64,000 bases of DNA, from contig DAIDHC010000036.1 in NCBI GenBank assembly GCA_027452065.1, forward strand, positions 2,589-66,588. Reading direction: 5' to 3'. The notes beneath the pieces are model-generated. The model was not told the DNA's origin. It did not search any database and saw only the letters and a list, made by a program, of their open reading frames with translations. Within the stretch, counting starts at the first letter, position 1, and each line of letters begins with the position of its first letter. Below are positions 1 to 10,972 of the stretch, piece by piece. Source of the DNA: Bryobacterales bacterium (GTDB lineage: Bacteria; Acidobacteriota; Terriglobia; Bryobacterales; Bryobacteraceae). The translations under genes and the position numbers were made by a program.

Positions 1-1459
1 GTTTCAAAATGTTCCCGGGACCGTCCAGTTCCCACACCATGGGACCTATGCGGATCACTTACGACTTCTCCCAACGGATTTCCCGGCTGCGGGACGACCC
101 ACTCAAACGGGCGACCGCCCTCAAGGTGCATCTCTATGGGAGTCTCAGCGCAACGGGGAAAGGGCACGGCAAGGATCGCGGCTCGCTCGCGGGACTGCTT
201 GGGAAGGCGCCCGCCACGTGCCCGCCCCTGTTTTTTCACGGCCTAGCCCGGCGGCCTGACGAAGCACACGCTTTGAACCTCGGCCCCACAACGCCGAACC
301 TCACATTGAAAGATCTCGTGTTCGACGAGACGAAGGGCAACTTCCCTCACCCGAACACGATGAGAGTCGTGCTGCTCGCCGGAAATGAGCCGCTGTTCGA
401 GCAGGAATACTACTCGGTAGGAGGCGGCTTCATAGAATGGAGGCCTACAAACCACCGGACAAGAGTCAACCGAAGTATCGGTACGCCACCATGGAAGAGG
501 TCATGCGCGACGTGGTGAACGATAAGGTTTCGCGGCCCAAGCTCATGCTCGAAAGCGAAATGGCGATTTCCGTGAAGCGTGAAAAACAGGTTTGGGATCT
601 TATCGATCAGGTTACCCACATGACGATGGGCATGGTAAACACCCGTTTGAAAGCAGAAGAAGTCTTGCCTGGCCCGATCAGGCTCCAAAGCAAGGCAGCC
701 ACGGTTTTCAAGCAGGCGCAAAGCACCTCCTATCCAACGGACCGGGCCATCAGCATGATGGCGCCGGCCGCGTTGGCCGCTTCAGAAGAAAACGCGCCGG
801 GACACATCATTGCGACCGCTCCAACCGGGGGCTCTGCGGGGGTTGTGGCGGTACTCGTGAAAGGGCATCGGAATTTCCGAAAAGTGACACCTCCGGCTCT
901 TCAGGATGCATCCCTGGCATCGGCCGTGAGCGGCCATTTATGCAAACACAATGCGACACTCTCGGTCGCCGAGGGCTGGTGCCAGACGGACATTGGACTG
1001 GCCTCCGCCACGGCGCCCTCCACGGCTATGCAGACTAAAGGCGCGGGCATCCAGGTGATCTCAAACGGTGCAGAATCTGCATTGGAGTCCTACCCCGGAA
1101 AGACTTGCGGTCCGGTCGCCGGCTTTCTACAGGTTCCCTGCATTCAGCGCTGCGCATTCAGAGCGCTCAAGGCGGCGACGCTCGGAAACATCGAGCGCGC
1201 CGACGTGCTTCCATTTCATCAGGTGGATCGATATAAGTGGAAGGACCTTGGTATGAACTACGCGCTGCAGGATCTCCAGTCGCCTTCGAGTGCCGCCCTT
1301 GGGAAGGCGCGCGCCCAGTTCCGGTCCGCGGAGCTGAAAGCATATTGTTTGGAGTTAGTTACTCACTACTCAGTGAGTTTACATCTAAACTCTCTGTACG
1401 CGCACCTTTATAGCATTTCCCTTCGTAGTCAATTGTGCCGTCAAGAGGAGAATCTATGA
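1..1459 (+). pseudogene. sdaA: L-serine ammonia-lyase (iron-sulfur type, SdaA-like), interrupted by a frameshift; 5' end lies off-window
   Basis: ORF 9..518 has GPSSSHTMGPM and YYSVGGGFI. A second frame (437..1459) continues with LPGPIRLQSKA, ATAPTGGSAGVV, CQTD and KTCGPVAGFLQVPCIQR, in the same order as E. coli SdaA. The two frames overlap at 389-518, and homology places the junction near 435-445. The C-terminal tail is atypical and runs into ppk2. Confidence 0.55.
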
Positions 1460-2271
1460 AACAGACAAAACAGTCCAGGCAAGACGTTCCCGCTCGAATG
1501 AGCGCCAAGGAATACGCCAAGGAGTTGCGGAAGCTCCAAGTTGAGCTTTGCAAACTCCAAGATTGGGTAAAGCACAAGGGGTTACGTATCATCATTGTAT
1601 TTGAAGGGCGCGACGGAGCCGGAAAGGGCGGCACAATTCGCGCGATCACCGAGCGCGTCAGCCCGCGCGTATTCCGCACTGTCGCTCTTCCTGCACCATC
1701 GGATCGCGAGAAGAGCCAGCTATACATGCAGCGCTACTTGTCCCAGTTTCCGGCCGCCGGTGAAATCGTCATTTTCGATCGCAGCTGGTACAACCGTGCC
1801 GGCGTCGAGTACGTTATGGGATTCTGCACGAAACAACAACACGACCGCTTCTTGGAGCTCTGTCCGACGGTGGAAGGCTACGTCACATCAACGGGAATCA
1901 TCTTGATCAAATTCTGGCTGGAGGTGAGTAATGAGGAACAGGAGCGGCGATTCAATGCTCGCATCAATGACCCCCTCCGCCAATGGAAGCTGAGCCCCAT
2001 GGACCTGCCTTCCCGGACTCGCTGGTATGACTACTCCCGAGCGCGCGACATGATGTTAGAGGCCAGCGATTCCGAACACGCGCCCTGGTTCATTGTGCGA
2101 TCGGACGACAAAAAGCGTGCTCGTCTGAACTGCATTTCACACTTGTTAAGCCTTATCAAATATGAAGAGTTACCAAAGACCAGGGTGAAAATGCCAAAAC
2201 GCTCCATGAAGGGGGCCTACGACGATACGAGGACGCTCCGGGACAGGCGATTCGTACCTGAGAAATATTGA
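1456..2271 (+). CDS. ppk2: polyphosphate kinase 2 (PPK2 family)
   Basis: Motifs IIIVFEGRDGAGKGG (Walker A-like) and FDRSWYNRAGVE. ATG 1456 is preceded by AGGAG at 1446-1450. Confidence 0.9.
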   Translation: MKQTKQSRQDVPARMSAKEYAKELRKLQVELCKLQDWVKHKGLRIIIVFEGRDGAGKGGTIRAITERVSPRVFRTVALPAPSDREKSQLYMQRYLSQFPAAGEIVIFDRSWYNRAGVEYVMGFCTKQQHDRFLELCPTVEGYVTSTGIILIKFWLEVSNEEQERRFNARINDPLRQWKLSPMDLPSRTRWYDYSRARDMMLEASDSEHAPWFIVRSDDKKRARLNCISHLLSLIKYEELPKTRVKMPKRSMKGAYDDTRTLRDRRFVPEKY

Positions 2272-2383
2272 CAGGCAGCGATGCAGGAGATCGCCAGGAA
2301 TTCCTGGTGCTTCAATGCACTTCCAGCCTACTCAATATGGGGCCATGTGCAACGCCCCTACTCCGGCCGCTAACAGCCAAGGT

Positions 2384-2431
2384 GGCAGCCGCCGGACGGT
2401 TCGGACTGGGAATCCTTCCGGAACGGCTGCC
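2384..2431 (+). other. stable hairpin inside the 508-nt non-coding ppk2-glgP spacer
   Basis: GGCAGCCG (2384-2391) pairs with CGGCTGCC (2424-2431), and CCGGA (2392-2396) pairs with TCCGG (2417-2421). That gives 13 bp, a 2-nt bulge and a 20-nt loop. Confidence 0.5.
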
Positions 2432-2779
2432 GGAGACGACTCACTGTCGCAGGCGACTCAGGGTGCAAGTCCAAAAGGGAGACGCCAGAACGTTCTCCAA
2501 ATCGACGTGCCCCAGGCGAACAGCTCGGGTGCGAGCGTTCGGGGGCATTACGCAACGAACAGGATCTTTCGCTAGCCCCATCTGGCTTTGGAAGCGAAAG
2601 GACGATGTGGGTTCATCCGAAACCGAAAAAGAATCGAATACTGTCTTTTCAGCATCGTCACTGCGACTGGCGCTATGGCGGCGGACGCGCGTTGACCCGA
2701 TTCAGTTGTTTGAATGGCACCGCGAGGAGAACGGCAGGGGAACACTGCCCAGGAGCGATTGCAGAGAAAGGATACTCAC

Positions 2780-5290
2780 ATGGGCACAAAGACGGCATTG
2801 CCTTCCCCGGTGTCACTGGGATCGGAGCACATCAAGGCACTTCTAGACCAATACGGATGCGGTCCGATTCGGTTCCTTGGGACCGAGAATGCCTTCTATG
2901 AACGCCACCTCACGTTCGATAAAGCAATCGACGTGGCCGCGGCAACATTGCGAGATCAGTTCGAGGCTTTTGCGCGTTCCGTCCGGGACGTCCTCTCGCA
3001 GCGATGGGTACTGACGGAGAAAACCTACGAGCGCCGAGACCCGAAGCGACTCTACTATCTGTCGATGGAATTTCTCATCGGTCGATCGCTGGCCAATAAC
3101 ACCGCCAATCTTCTCCTCGGTCCCGTAATCAAGGAAGCCCTCCAGCAGCGGAGCATCGATTGGATCGACATATTAGAGCAGGAACCCGACGCGGGTCTCG
3201 GTAACGGAGGACTGGGACGCTTGGCGGCCTGCTTTATGGAATCGGCTGCAACACTGCAGCTTCCCGCTATGGGATACGGCCTTCGTTATGATTATGGCAT
3301 TTTCAAACAGCACATTCAGGATGGCTGGCAGGACGAACGACCTGATAATTGGCTCCGCCTTCAGGATCCCTGGGAGGTAGTCCGGCCGAACGAACAAGTG
3401 GAGATCGGCCTGAACTGCTCGTTCGAGTTGCAGGGTGGCAGTTTGCAGGTTATACGAGGTCGCCCGTCAACTCTGATCGGCATCCCTTACGATCGTCCGG
3501 TGGTTGGCTACGGAGGAAAAAGCATCAACACGCTTCGTCTATGGGCTGCCGCAACTCCCAGTTACTTTGACTTTGAAGCTTTTAGCAGAGGGGATTTCGT
3601 CAGCGCTCTGGCTGAGACTCTATCCGCCGAATCCCTTACTCGCGTACTTTATCCTGACGACACGACGAGCAGGGGAAAGGCGTTGCGTTTTGTGCAGGAG
3701 TATTTTCTGGTCGCTTGCTCGCTTGCAGACATGGTTCGGCGTTTTCGACGCAACAACCAGGACTGGAGTGCCTTGCCCCAAAGAGCCGCGATCCAGCTTA
3801 ACGACACGCACCCGGCCATCGCCGTCCCAGAGCTAATGCGCATCTTGCTGGACCAAGGACACCTCGGTTGGGACCAGGCATGGGATATCACAACACAGAC
3901 ATTGGGATACACCAACCACACACTGCTACCGGAAGCACTCGAGAAATGGCCGCTGGCGTGGTTTCAGCTAATGCTTCCCCGTCAGCTGGAGATCGTTTAT
4001 GAGATCAACCGGCGTCTACTCGATGAGGTTCGCAGCCGCTTCCCGGGGGATCAAGAACGTGCCCAACGAGTAAGCCTGATCGAGGAAGGCGCCGAACAAA
4101 AGGTACGCATGGCCAACCTGGCGATCGCCGGATCACACAGTACAAATGGAGTGGCCGCCATCCATTCCGAGCTCTTACGGAAAACGACCGTGAAGGACTT
4201 GGCGGACCTATACCCCGAGCGATTTAACAATAAGACCAACGGAGTCACGCCACGGCGGTGGCTGCTGCTTTCAAACCCAGCGCTATCCCGCGTCATCACC
4301 GATGCCCTGGGAGACACTTGGATCACTGACCTCGATCAGTTGACCAGACTCAAGCCCCTCTCCGCAGATAAGAGCTTTCAGGACGCCTTCCGTTCGGCCA
4401 AGCGTCAGGCGAAGTTGCAGTTTACAGATTGGCTCCGCCAGGCATCCGGACAGATTGTGGATCCCGATAGCGTCTTCGATTGCCAGATCAAGCGCATCCA
4501 CGAATACAAGCGCCAATTGCTCAATATCCTGCGCATCGCCACGCTATATGTCCGCGTACGGGAAAACCCGGCAATCGAAATGAGGCCCCGAACATTCTTT
4601 TTTGGCGGCAAGGCTGCTCCCGCGTATCAATTCGCAAAACTCATCATTAAGTTCGTCAACAATCTCGCTGGGACGATCAATGGCGATCCAGCCGTACGCG
4701 GTCGCCTCAAAGTCGTGTTCTTACCGGACTATTGCGTTTCTCTTGCCGAGCGACTGATCCCTGCGACCGACGTCTCCCAGCAGATCTCGACTGCCGGTTA
4801 TGAAGCGAGCGGAACGAGCAACATGAAACTCATGATGAACGGCGCGTTGACTGTAGGAACGCGAGATGGCGCCACCATCGAAATGGCCGAGGAGGCAGGA
4901 GAAGAGAACTTCTTCCTTTTCGGACTCACCGCCGAACAAGTAGCCTCCAGCCGCGGTTGGTATGACCCGCGATGGCATTATGACAACGAGCCCGAACTTC
5001 GAACCGTGCTCGATCTGATATCTTCGAATCACTTCAGCAGAAATGAGCCGCAGGTATTCGGCCCTCTGTACGACGCTCTTCTGACTCATGGGGACTTCTA
5101 CATGCACTTGGCGGATTTCACATCCTACCTCGCAGCAGACCGTCGGGTGACCGAACTCTACGCCGATCCAGATGCTTGGGCAAAGATGGCCATCCTGAAT
5201 ATCGCGAGCTCTGGAAAGTTCTCTTCCGACCGTACCATTGCCGAATACGCAAAGGACATCTGGAGCATATCGCCATGCCCAGTGCTATAG
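2780..5290 (+). CDS. glgP: glycogen/maltodextrin phosphorylase
   Basis: The PLP-lysine motif EASGTSNMKLMMNGALTVGTRDGATIEM is present, with phosphorylase-like sequence over the full length. ATG 2780 follows GAAAGGA. Confidence 0.93.
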   Translation: MGTKTALPSPVSLGSEHIKALLDQYGCGPIRFLGTENAFYERHLTFDKAIDVAAATLRDQFEAFARSVRDVLSQRWVLTEKTYERRDPKRLYYLSMEFLIGRSLANNTANLLLGPVIKEALQQRSIDWIDILEQEPDAGLGNGGLGRLAACFMESAATLQLPAMGYGLRYDYGIFKQHIQDGWQDERPDNWLRLQDPWEVVRPNEQVEIGLNCSFELQGGSLQVIRGRPSTLIGIPYDRPVVGYGGKSINTLRLWAAATPSYFDFEAFSRGDFVSALAETLSAESLTRVLYPDDTTSRGKALRFVQEYFLVACSLADMVRRFRRNNQDWSALPQRAAIQLNDTHPAIAVPELMRILLDQGHLGWDQAWDITTQTLGYTNHTLLPEALEKWPLAWFQLMLPRQLEIVYEINRRLLDEVRSRFPGDQERAQRVSLIEEGAEQKVRMANLAIAGSHSTNGVAAIHSELLRKTTVKDLADLYPERFNNKTNGVTPRRWLLLSNPALSRVITDALGDTWITDLDQLTRLKPLSADKSFQDAFRSAKRQAKLQFTDWLRQASGQIVDPDSVFDCQIKRIHEYKRQLLNILRIATLYVRVRENPAIEMRPRTFFFGGKAAPAYQFAKLIIKFVNNLAGTINGDPAVRGRLKVVFLPDYCVSLAERLIPATDVSQQISTAGYEASGTSNMKLMMNGALTVGTRDGATIEMAEEAGEENFFLFGLTAEQVASSRGWYDPRWHYDNEPELRTVLDLISSNHFSRNEPQVFGPLYDALLTHGDFYMHLADFTSYLAADRRVTELYADPDAWAKMAILNIASSGKFSSDRTIAEYAKDIWSISPCPVL

Positions 5291-5821
5291 GGCAATCTCT
5301 AGTCATCTCGACCCGAGTCCGCTTGGCGGCTCCGAAGGCGGTATTAGTCCACTTTGGCTGTACGAACGGGGATAACCGTGCGTGCCGGTCCTGTCTAGAT
5401 CACGCACCGCAACAGTTTCGATTCGGAACGATCGAGCTCCGTAGCTCTCCCGTTCGGGCCGCAGTCGCACAAGCTCGTATTCCGGGCTTAAGGAAGCCGG
5501 CTTGGCCCCACGGAGGCACCGAGGGAGACCACGGCCCGCGAGTTACGGAGATGGTACACCAACGGACCGACGGTGCGACTCCCGCAGTGGCGATTACGAG
5601 CGTAACTGCCGGCCGCCGCCCATACTCGCGAACAACCTCTGCCCGACGGTGTTGTAATTCCTCCTTCGCACAACCCGCCCGAAGACTGGAAGTTCACTGT
5701 CGCATAGACCACTCTGAAGCCGGATGTGTGGTGTCGCTGATGGAGGGTACGACCTTTAAGGCAGGCGCATCCGCCGGTTTAGTGATAGCTGCACCTTTTA
5801 AGCGATCAAAGGAGAAATGAA

Positions 5822-8269
5822 GTGGCAACGAAAACGATAGAACCCCCGATCGTCCAAACAACGAAGGATCAGTCCCTCAGTGCCTACGGCCCGGCCCGTT
5901 CCACGGTAAAAGGCACTCCACTCAGTCCCGAAGCGTTGTGTAAAATCGACGCCTACTGGCGGGCGTGTAATTACCTGAGCCTGGGCATGATCTATCTGCA
6001 AGACAATCCCTTGCTGCGAGAACCACTCAAGGCGGATCACATCAAAAATCGGTTGCTGGGGCACTGGGGAGCGAGTCCCGGACTGGCGTTTGTCTACATT
6101 CACCTGAACCGTTTGATTAAACAATTCGACCTGGACATGATCTTCCTCGCCGGACCGGGGCACGGTGCCCCTGGCGTCTTGGGCCCAGTCTACCTCGAGG
6201 GAACTTATTCCGAGATCTACACCGAAAAAAGCGAAGACACGGTTGGATTACGGGAGTTCTTCAAGCAATTCTCCTTCCCTGGCGGGATCGGCAGTCACTG
6301 TACCCCGGAGACTCCAGGGTCGATCCATGAAGGTGGCGAACTCGGGTATGTTCTTTCTCATGCGTGCGGCGCCGCCTTCGATAATCCAGACCTCATCGTC
6401 GCAGCCGTGGTTGGAGATGGCGAGGCCGAGACAGGTCCCTTGGCGACCTCCTGGCACATCAACAAATTCCTGAACCCAATCCGGGATGGTGCTGTTCTCC
6501 CCATTCTTCACCTCAACGGCTACAAGATCAATAACCCCACGTTGTTAGCTCGCCTCAGTCATGATGAAGTGGAGAGCCTTTTTCGCGGTTATGGTTGGAC
6601 GCCTTACTTTGTCGAAGGATCGGACTGCGCAAGCATGCACCAGGCGATGGCGGCGACGGTGGAGCACTGCGTCTCAGAAATCAAGAAGTGCCAGAAGGAA
6701 GCCCGTAAAGCCGCCCGCGCTCAACGTTGCCGTTGGCCGATGATCGTACTCCGTACCCCCAAAGGCTGGACTGCGCCCTTGGAAGTTGGCGGCCACAGGC
6801 TCGAAGGTTTCTGGCGAGCTCACCAGGTACCGATGCCAGACGTTAAAAAGAATCCTGACACTCTCAGGCTCCTGGAAAACTGGATGCGTGCGCAAAAGCC
6901 CGAAGAACTCTTCGACGTCGACGGCAAGCTGATTCGCGAACTCAAAGATCTGGCCCCCACCGGCATCCGGCGCATGAGCGCCAATCCGCACGCAAATGGG
7001 GGACTCGTAAGGAAAGGCCTCCGCTTGCCAGATTTCCGCGCGTACCAGTTGAAAATCGATAAACCCGGACAAATCGAAGCAGAGAATACACGCCCGCTCG
7101 GAACTTTCTTCCGCGATGTGATGAAATCGAACATGGACCGATTTCGCGTTTTCGGGCCGGACGAGAATACCTCGAACAAACTGCAGGACATCTACGAAGT
7201 CAGTAAGAAATTCTGGATTGCCGAGTACTTTCCAGAAGACGCCGATGGCGGGGAACTGGCGACCGATGGGCGCGTTATGGAGATGCTCAGCGAGCACACC
7301 ATGGAGGGAATGCTCGAGGGCTACCTTCTCACAGGTCGGCACGGCTTCCTTTCTTCGTATGAAGCCTTTGTGCACGTGATCGACTCCATGTTCAACCAAC
7401 ACGCCAAGTGGTTGTCTATCAGCCATGACTTGTCTTGGCGTCAAGACATTTCTTCTTTGAACCTGCTCATCACTTCAACCGTCTGGCGCCAGGACCACAA
7501 CGGATTCACACACCAGGACCCCGGCTTTCTCGACGTAGTGGTGAACAAGAGCGCTTCGGTAACACGAATCTACCTGCCTCCCGACGTCAATTCTCTCCTG
7601 TCGGTGGCAGATCACTGCCTGCGCAGCCAGAATTACGTCAATGTCGTCGTCTCCGACAAGCAAATGCACCTCCAGTATCTGGATATGGATGCCGCCGTCC
7701 GGCATTGCACCAAGGGCATCGGCACATGGGACTGGGCGTGTAACGACCAGGGAAATGAACCTGACGTCGTCATGGCATCCGCTGGCGATATTCCTACTCA
7801 GGAGGCGCTGGCCGCAATCGCACTGTTACGGGAGGAATTCCCATTTCTCAAACTTCGTTACGTCAACGTGGTCGATTTGTTTAAGCTGCAACCCAGCACC
7901 GAGCATCCTCACGGGTTGACTGATCGGGATTTCGATGCTCTGTTCACCGTCGACAAGCCAATCATCTTCAATTTCCACGGCTACCCTTGGCTCATTCACC
8001 GGTTGGCGTACCGTCGCACCAATCACAGCAACTTGCACGTGCGCGGGTACAAAGAAAAGGGAAACATCAATACACCCATGGAATTGGCTATCAACAATGA
8101 AATCGACCGCTATAGCCTGGCGATCGATGTCATCGATCGCACACCGAAATTGCAAAGGATCGGTGCTCATGCGAAAGAGAGATATCGCAATCTCCAGATC
8201 GACTGCCGCACCTACGCCTATGAACATGGCATCGACAGTCCGGATGTCGTGGGATGGCGGTGGCCGTAG
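5822..8269 (+). CDS. xfp: xylulose-5-phosphate/fructose-6-phosphate phosphoketolase
   Basis: Motifs [35 protein letters not shown] and EGGELGY. GTG 5822 follows AAGGAG. Confidence 0.92.
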   Translation: MATKTIEPPIVQTTKDQSLSAYGPARSTVKGTPLSPEALCKIDAYWRACNYLSLGMIYLQDNPLLREPLKADHIKNRLLGHWGASPGLAFVYIHLNRLIKQFDLDMIFLAGPGHGAPGVLGPVYLEGTYSEIYTEKSEDTVGLREFFKQFSFPGGIGSHCTPETPGSIHEGGELGYVLSHACGAAFDNPDLIVAAVVGDGEAETGPLATSWHINKFLNPIRDGAVLPILHLNGYKINNPTLLARLSHDEVESLFRGYGWTPYFVEGSDCASMHQAMAATVEHCVSEIKKCQKEARKAARAQRCRWPMIVLRTPKGWTAPLEVGGHRLEGFWRAHQVPMPDVKKNPDTLRLLENWMRAQKPEELFDVDGKLIRELKDLAPTGIRRMSANPHANGGLVRKGLRLPDFRAYQLKIDKPGQIEAENTRPLGTFFRDVMKSNMDRFRVFGPDENTSNKLQDIYEVSKKFWIAEYFPEDADGGELATDGRVMEMLSEHTMEGMLEGYLLTGRHGFLSSYEAFVHVIDSMFNQHAKWLSISHDLSWRQDISSLNLLITSTVWRQDHNGFTHQDPGFLDVVVNKSASVTRIYLPPDVNSLLSVADHCLRSQNYVNVVVSDKQMHLQYLDMDAAVRHCTKGIGTWDWACNDQGNEPDVVMASAGDIPTQEALAAIALLREEFPFLKLRYVNVVDLFKLQPSTEHPHGLTDRDFDALFTVDKPIIFNFHGYPWLIHRLAYRRTNHSNLHVRGYKEKGNINTPMELAINNEIDRYSLAIDVIDRTPKLQRIGAHAKERYRNLQIDCRTYAYEHGIDSPDVVGWRWP

Positions 8270-8511
8270 TAGTCGTCGCTGTGATCGTTCTCGCGGCTGA
8301 ATGCCTATGTTCCATCCGCGCGACGGTCTACCCCGTCGGTGACATCAGCCATCGAAACCCAACTCCACTCCGAGCAGCACTCTCCCGCGGCGTCCGCGGA
8401 AGAGCGTTGCAAGGTAACTCCCACTCGACTCATACTGTTCGTCAACGCCACATACACATTCCTCTTACTGCTCGACGCACCCTAAACAGCTTTCAGGAAA
8501 GGACGTAAGCA

Positions 8512-9204
8512 ATGAACACTTCGCAACTCTTACGCATCACAAACCCGAACATCATCAAATACGCCTCTTGTGCGTTAATTGCGTTATTCGTGGCTCTGAT
8601 GCCCGCACATGGGCAGAACTTTGAAGTCACTCCCCTGGTGGGCGGAAGATTCGCCGGCACGATGGAACTTCAGCAGCCTGGAATCCCGAACTACGACGCA
8701 CATTTATCAGATAGCGTCAGCTTTGGCGTGGCCGCTGGTTACCGCTTAGATGGACAGGACGGTGAAGGCCATGACGTGATTGAGTTCCGATGGATGAGGC
8801 AGAATTCACACCTTGGCGTGATACAGAGCCCTCCGGTCCCCAGTCCATACACCTCAGCGCTATTGCGGCCTTCGATTAGCCTAGATCACTTCCTCGTCGA
8901 CTTCACGCACGAGTACGCGGTACCGGACGCCCCAAGCATACAGCCGTTCGTCAGCGGAAGCGTCGGCGCAGCTCTTATGGGAACTCCGGCGTCCAGCGAG
9001 ACACGGTTTGCGTTTGCGCTCGGTGCCGGAGTGAAGATATTTCCCGCGACACATTGGGGATTCCGTCTCAAAGTGGAGTACATGCCAATTGTCATGCACA
9101 CTAACCTTCAGACATTGGTCTGTGCTGGGAGCTGCATCGTGGTATTAAATGGGGGGATCATGAATCAGTTTGAGGTGAGCTTCGGGCCCGCATTCCGGTT
9201 CTGA
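8512..9204 (+). CDS. outer-membrane beta-barrel protein (OmpW/OmpA-N-like)
   Basis: Signal peptide ending MPAHGQ, alternating beta-strand pattern and a C-terminal FGPAFRF ending in Phe. Confidence 0.7.
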   Translation: MNTSQLLRITNPNIIKYASCALIALFVALMPAHGQNFEVTPLVGGRFAGTMELQQPGIPNYDAHLSDSVSFGVAAGYRLDGQDGEGHDVIEFRWMRQNSHLGVIQSPPVPSPYTSALLRPSISLDHFLVDFTHEYAVPDAPSIQPFVSGSVGAALMGTPASSETRFAFALGAGVKIFPATHWGFRLKVEYMPIVMHTNLQTLVCAGSCIVVLNGGIMNQFEVSFGPAFRF

Positions 9205-10914
9205 TCTCATTTCCTGTTCGTATCCCGCGACGGCAGCATCCATGGTAGCGAATGAGCGGAGTCCGAACTTACGTCCTCGGCGGTCGGCCCACTGTCTCCA
9301 CTCTGTCTCCCGTCCGGCCGGAACGAGCTCCATGCCTCGCTCGCGAAGACTCTCGATCACATCACGCACCGTCTGAAGTCCTGTGACATCCATCATGGTA
9401 ACCGGAATCATATCCATGACAAACCACTTCAGTTGTGGTCCGGCAGCATTAATGGCGTCGAAAGCGCTGCTCTTGAAGAAGGCAGCGTTGAAGAAGACAA
9501 TTGGCGCGTTAAAGCGAAACATGAGCAAGCCGGGAATGGTGCTGGCATTCCGATGGCGATCGATCGAGTGCAATCCCGGCATCCCAGGCACCGAGCCGAG
9601 GATCTCGACCTTCGGCCGCGAAATGAGCTTGATGAACCGCAATAGCGCGAGAATCACTGCAACGAGAATTGCCTTCACGGTCCCGACGGTAGCAACTCCG
9701 ATTGTGGCCAAGACTGAAACAACCAGTTCACGCCGGTCGATTTGGTAAATGTCTTTCAATGCCTTCACGTTAACAAGCGATAATGCAGCGCCGACGAGCA
9801 CTGCACCCAGAGCGGCCGTGGGCACGTATTGCAGAGGACCCGTGAAGAAGAGCAATACCGTCGCCACCGAAGCGGCCGTTACCAGTCCTGTAACTCTTGT
9901 GCGCCCGCCCGCCGCATCGCTTACCGCGGTACGTGAATCAGCCCCGCTCACTGCGAACCCCTGGGAGATTGCAGCGGCGATATTTGCTGCACCGAGAGCT
10001 GCGAACTCGCGATCGACATCGACTTCATAGCGGTTCTTGGCTGCGAAGCTCCGCGCCGTCAGCATCATGCTTGAGAAGCCGATCAGTGCGACACCCGCCG
10101 CATCCGCACAGAGATCGGGGAGCAAGTCAAGAGGGAAAGAAGGAAACCTTATCGGGGGAAGGCCCGCGGGTACGGCACCAATGGTCTTTACCCCAGCTGC
10201 TTCAAGTCCTAGTAGCTTCACCGCCACTCCTGTGACGATCATCGCTGCGAGCGCAGCGGGAAGACGCGGTATGAATCGCGGACACAGAAACAGAACAGCG
10301 AAAGCCGCCGAACCGATCGCCAACGTCGGCAGGTGTGTGATATTGAGCTTAGAGATGAATTCAGCGAGGCGCGGGATGATGCGCTCTCTCGTAATGGTAA
10401 ATCCAAAAATCTTCCCGATTTGCCCGAGAGCGATACTGAGCGCCATGCCATTTAGAAATCCTATAAGAATAGGTCGCGACAGGAAATCCGCGAGTGCGCC
10501 CAATCGAAGAAATCGAGCAATTATGCAAAGCACGCCGGCAAGGAACGCTAACGTCACAGACAGGGAGACGTACATCGCCTCGTCGCCGGCGGCCATCGGT
10601 GCCACGGCCGCCGCCACGATTGCGCAAGTAGCCGCGTCGGGGCCCACGATCAACTGGCGCGACGTTCCGAACAGAGCGTAGGCAACGAGTGGGAGGATGC
10701 TAGCGTATAAGCCGATTTCCGGTCTGAAGCCGGCCAACTGTGCATAGGCGACGCCGACGGGCAGCGCAACGGCCGCAACGGAAAGGCCTGCTACGACATC
10801 GTGCGGAAGATCAGTCCGGCGATAAGCGAGCAGTTCGGCAACACCAGGCGCAATTCGTGAAAGGTATTGGAACCGTCGTTCTCTGGTCTGAGTGGGTGTC
10901 GGGGTTCCGGGCAT
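9145..10914 (-). CDS. SulP family anion transporter with C-terminal STAS domain
   Basis: The N-terminus DLPHDVVAGLSVAAVALPVGVAYAQLAG is typical of SulP. The protein is polytopic with a STAS-like C-terminus (FVMDMIPVTMMDVTGLQTV). Confidence 0.88.
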   Translation of the reverse strand: MPGTPTPTQTRERRFQYLSRIAPGVAELLAYRRTDLPHDVVAGLSVAAVALPVGVAYAQLAGFRPEIGLYASILPLVAYALFGTSRQLIVGPDAATCAIVAAAVAPMAAGDEAMYVSLSVTLAFLAGVLCIIARFLRLGALADFLSRPILIGFLNGMALSIALGQIGKIFGFTITRERIIPRLAEFISKLNITHLPTLAIGSAAFAVLFLCPRFIPRLPAALAAMIVTGVAVKLLGLEAAGVKTIGAVPAGLPPIRFPSFPLDLLPDLCADAAGVALIGFSSMMLTARSFAAKNRYEVDVDREFAALGAANIAAAISQGFAVSGADSRTAVSDAAGGRTRVTGLVTAASVATVLLFFTGPLQYVPTAALGAVLVGAALSLVNVKALKDIYQIDRRELVVSVLATIGVATVGTVKAILVAVILALLRFIKLISRPKVEILGSVPGMPGLHSIDRHRNASTIPGLLMFRFNAPIVFFNAAFFKSSAFDAINAAGPQLKWFVMDMIPVTMMDVTGLQTVRDVIESLRERGMELVPAGRETEWRQWADRRGRKFGLRSFATMDAAVAGYEQEMRSEPECGPEAHLKLIHDPPI

Positions 10915-10972
10915 GATGCTGCACCTGTTCCTGCTCGCCTTCTTGGCAATCCTTCATAGCGTTCAGACCCAT

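Noticed and set aside
2384-2480. Possible cobalamin riboswitch (GGGAATCC, CACTG, GGTGCAAGTCC words)
   Set aside because: The elements are in the wrong order and spacing for the B12 riboswitch core. The downstream gene (glgP) has no link to cobalamin. I kept it only as an unclassified structured spacer.
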